Below, in pieces: positions 59,901 to 64,000 of a DNA stretch of 64,000 nucleotides. Position 1 is the stretch's first letter; each line of letters starts with the position of its first letter. Below the pieces are notes generated by a model. It was given only the letters and a program-made list of their open reading frames with translations. It was not told the DNA's origin and ran no database searches. The stretch comes from Raillietiella orientalis (lineage: Eukaryota): the NCBI GenBank assembly GCA_036172245.1, contig JAYWIR010000003.1:6634001-6698000 (forward strand). The letters are read 5' to 3'. A program made the position numbers and the translations under genes.

Positions 59901-62900
59901 ACGGCACTTTGGATGCGATGCCTGCAGGCCGAGCAGGATCGCATGCATCTCAGTGATACCAGATCATTTATTTATTTCATGCTAGATTGCAGTGCTGGCT
60001 TCCCTGGTTATAAATCCGTGCGTCACATCGGATGCGTGGAACTTTCCTTCGAACAGAGTTCCTCAAGAATAAGCTCCTACCTTCCCATATCGTGAAAACG
60101 AAAAAAAAGAAAAAAAAAAAAAGGTGCTGATAAAGGTTCCCATCTCATGAATGTTCCAAGACTGGAGTGGCTCTCCCAAAGAGATCTTCGCACTGAATAT
60201 CATGATAAGATAAAGGGATTGCTTATGTTTAATAATTAATACGTTCGAGAAGACGTTCCTTATGGCGAATGGCTGATCTCCGCATCTCGGCTGGGAGGGA
60301 AGCGTGAAAAACAGGTAAAGGCTACCGTTGGGCTTCGAAAGAAAGCAACTTTCGAGAGAGATGCAAAGCGGCAGGCGAGCGAGCAAGCAGAGGGCAGCAG
60401 CGCCCGTGATGGATTCTGCGATAAATCAGGAAAACGAATTCCTCGTCCGAATTCTGGCAGAAGATCCCCAGCGCCAGCTCAGCAGGTTCGGCTCGACTCC
60501 CGCGAGAGTTCCCGTCGCCATGGCTGCCGAGCGCGTGTGCGTCCAAGTCGGTGGCAACGGGGGTGCCAGGAGGCGAGGAGGACCGACCGCGGGTGGGCAC
60601 TCGCAAACCGACGGGTGGAATAGAAAGGGTGCGGCTGCGAAGCGCTTCCCTCACGGCAGCGCACCGCCGCCCTCGCGCCTCCCACCGACGGAAGCATCCC
60701 TTGACCCCCACTCTTCGGAATAAACGAAAAAAAAAAAAAATGCAGTCCACGTCCAGATCCCTGGAAAATGGTGGCAGCGACGACTCTTTCCACCGAGCTT
60801 ACCCCGTACCACCGGAAACCGGTACGGGATATACCAACGCAGGTGACGGTACAAACACTCCCGTGCTGACGAACGCCAGCAACTCTTCAGAAGTACCCTT
60901 ACTGTAGCACCTCCTCGATCTGAAGGAGAACAAAAAGATGCTGACTTCGGACAACACAAAATCCATTCTTACACATGGGAAGGAGCCCCCGAGCCAATCC
61001 TCAGGCTGAGGCCATCCCGTGAAACGTAGGCAAGAGACGTGGTCTCGAAGCAAACTCGGTGACCTTGCCTGCCACTGGTAAGATCTGGTAAGAACAACAA
61101 CGGTTTCCGAGAAGGAAACCGTAAACGGGGGGGGGGGGAAAAAAAAAAAAAACGGGATTCTTGTCCAAGACCGTAACGTCCGAGATAAGAAAGCGCTGCC
61201 TCCGAATTCATCATCATTAACAAGTTGCGGGAAACTCTTGCAATGACGGAAACAGTCCAATCGCATCGGAGAAAAGCTTGCTGTTGGTGTAGGTGGCGGT
61301 GGGATGAGTTTCGTTACGGGAGGCCCTATGCGCGTAGGTGTTGGTGTTTGCTGCTCCCCGGTCGCATCCTGAAGCCATGGCAGCTCCCACTCCGGCCCCA
61401 GCCCTGGCGGTGATTCCGTCCAGTGCGGTCGGACTGATTTGCAAGGGTGGTGGTATCGGGTCACTCGTTGAGGTGACCGACCACGACGTGTCCTCTGGAG
61501 CAGCCGGAGCCAAAAAGGAAAAAAAAGGGAAAGGTGGCTGCTTGTTCTTGTAAGTCACCCGGGCCCGCGGTGCTTGCAGGGTTGGGTTTGGGAATGGAGG
61601 GGCGCACATTATCTTGATTTGCTGATCCGTTCGGGTTTCAGTATCTCGACTGATGCATCCTTCGAGGAAATGCACCTCGAAAGTGAAAGGAGGCGCAGAG
61701 AGAGGAGCAGTGCTGGTGAAAGAGTTCCCGGAGCGCTGTGGAGCAGGCGGCTGCTCTGTCGGGGCTGGAAATCACCAACGGTCATCAACTTGGCGACTGC
61801 AAAGATGAGCGGACGCTGGAAAGAGCCCAACCGGCCGATGCCGATGCTGCAGTGGCTGCTGCGCCGAAAGTTTTCGAGCTTCCGAGCAAATCTGTGCAAA
61901 CCCCGTTAGTCCCAAGAGGCAGAAGGAAAGGCAAGGTTGGGGGGGGGGGGGAAAGAGGGGGATCGCAAAGCGCCCGAGGCTGCCAACCGAATTCGGTGCC
62001 GTCTTCCTGTAGTGGGGAGCTTCCTCGACGGTACCTGCGCATGGAATGCAAGGGAATGGAAAGTGCCGAGGAGGAAATAGGGGGGGAAAGAAGAAGAAGA
62101 AGAAGAAAAACAACTTTCCCGGCTTCGCTTCTTGCGCGTCGAAAGCGATCGTTTATTCCGTCGCTGGGGTTGCACGCCCCGGAATTTTTTCCTCCGTCCT
62201 TCCTAATGAGCGTTCGCTGAAGGATGCTGGCTGCAGGAAGACGGCAGCGTGTCTCCCTGGACGGAGTTCCGGGGAAAAGCCGATGACTGAGGCCGTCTCT
62301 TGGTGAGCGACTGCTAATCGCCACCATTTGTTTCCTCTGCAGATTGACATTCATGGCTACCTCGCCGGTAGTCAATGCGTCATTACTGCACGGCTTTTTT
62401 TCTTTCTTTCTTTTTTTCCTTTTAGGAAAACTCTTTTTCCCTGCCGAACCCTTTCCGCTTTCGAAATGCTCGGAAATCGTGATTCTCAAAACTGGGATGA
62501 AATTATTATTATGCTATCAGTTCGGTGTCCGTGGTCATAAATATTTTTTCCGTCTTGGGCTGCGCTGTTCCCAGATGACTGTTCATCAGCTGAGATTTCG
62601 GATATTCACGATCCCGTTCACCCCCCCCCCCCTCCCCCCTTGAAAAAAAAAAAAAAAGGAAAAGAAAAAAGAAAGGAAAAGAATACGAAAATTGATTTGG
62701 GGGAAGATTGACGGATGCAAACGGCTTGTAAGGTCCCTCGGATTTGAACGACCGATCAGATTTCATCGGCTGAATTTGCTGGGCCGATCCATCCAAATGG
62801 AATCAGATCGGAAATCACAAAGACAACTTGCCGAAATAGGAACGAGGAGGCTGGACGAATCCCTCTCTCGATGCTTCCGAGATGAGCGAACGCATCCACG

Positions 62901-64000
62901 GCGCTGGGGGAAACCTCGGGGCGGGAAGATGCAGCAGCCTCCGGATGCGTTCGAATCGGTTGGCGAAGGGGCCGCGGCAGCGGGGGGGATGCGACCTCAC
63001 CACCCGCAACCCACCCGGAGAAGAGCCGAACCTCGCGGCATCCTCGCCGTGGGGACTGGCATCCGTCCCGACCCGTAAACGAGGGGGCCACCATCTCGGG
63101 GTGCGCGGAGGGATGTGCTCGAAACACCACCACTGCGGTTTACGACTACGATCCGCAGAATGGATGTAAACATCCGAAGAAGGCTGCAAGTCGGATCGGA
63201 CGAGGAAAGAACGAGGGCGAAGTTTCCGGAGGGGGGAAAAAAAGTACGAAGGCTCGGTTCCTATGGAAACCGCCCTCCATCCCAAGAAGCGGGGGTGCCG
63301 AGCTTTCCACGTGGTGCTCCAGGTGGTTAACGAACTCTGGCGATGGTGAGAAGGCTTTGTGGGCTCCACTCTTTCGAGCGGCACCTGACCTTCGCACCTT
63401 CTGCGCGCAGCCTCTTGGGATGGCGGCTCCCTCGTTGGCCAGCTCGGGAACATCACCTTGGAGATCATGGGAGATGCCCAGCGGATTTCGGAATGATTCT
63501 TGCAACGCCCCCGCGTGGGATCTTCGACCCCGGCACGGAAGGGCTTCAAGGAGTGCGCCTTTTCCACAGTGCAACGGCCCATAGCGTTTGTAATCAGCCC
63601 ACGGCCTCCATGGTTTGCTTCTTCTTTCTTTTTTCTTGTTGTTTTTCGCCAATGCTTTCTTTTCGCAGGTGGGAACGGAATTCCATGAAAAATCGAACCG
63701 ACACGGTGACGCTTCTTGCGTCCTCTTTCCACAGCTCCGAAGACATCGGCTTGGCAACTGGTCGCGACGGAGATCGAGCTGGCTGCTTTCATCGCAGCTC
63801 GCAACCAATCCATGCCTTTTGCTTTTCTTAGGACTTCCCTGCCATTGACGACAGCGTGCCCTACTGAGGTTCCCAAGTGCCGGGAAAGTTCTCCAGGCAG
63901 GTGGGGGGCAGAAGCCCGTCGAGATCTGGCTTGGGCGTTTTCAGCTTCGTTCCTCGTCCTTTTCTCTTTCTGGTCCCACGCAACTCTTCACGAACTCTTC

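Noticed and set aside
61400..61490. KH-domain-like VIPSSAVGLICKGGG
   Set aside because: A single short match without the rest of the domain or supporting exons.
1..64000. Apparent giant decayed C2H2 zinc-finger array (many C-x2-C…F…L..H-like words, e.g. LKCRICVERVTYSYRILEIHEKFH at about 14.9 kb minus and IPCPSVFKSHGLLESY at about 42.3 kb plus)
   Set aside because: Equally good partial matches occur on both strands of the same DNA. No run of intact fingers with TGEKP linkers was found, and such partial matches are expected by chance in six-frame translations of this length. An HMM scan against a reversed-sequence null would settle it.

Overview
Eukaryotic genomic DNA, probably from an invertebrate animal (inferred from the tiny introns and mosaic CpG content). 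There is no sign of prokaryotic operons, rRNA, tRNA or CRISPR. One gene is certain: a complete 9-exon PRPF31 (U4/U6 snRNP Prp31) on the minus strand at 439-2637, with seven 46-70 nt introns plus one of 309 nt, and one GC-AG intron. A second, GC-rich, multi-exon orphan gene (single TM helix, coiled coil, Arg/Cys-rich tail) is plausible on the minus strand at about 7.1-11.1 kb. From about 20.6 to 39.7 kb, plus one copy near 5.2-6.3 kb, lies a dense, mostly co-oriented cluster of decayed L1/Tx1-like non-LTR retrotransposon ORF2 remnants. The copies that retain a 3' end align as one family. They share a CCHC finger, a C-terminal motif and an unusual 3' end: AATAAA followed directly by a conserved GC stem-loop with no poly(A) tail. 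The rest is homopolymer-rich non-coding or unrecognisably decayed DNA with a 45-bp minisatellite, an inverted duplication, two hairpins and two promoter-like motif clusters. All protein-family calls other than PRPF31 come from manual motif reading, not database searches.
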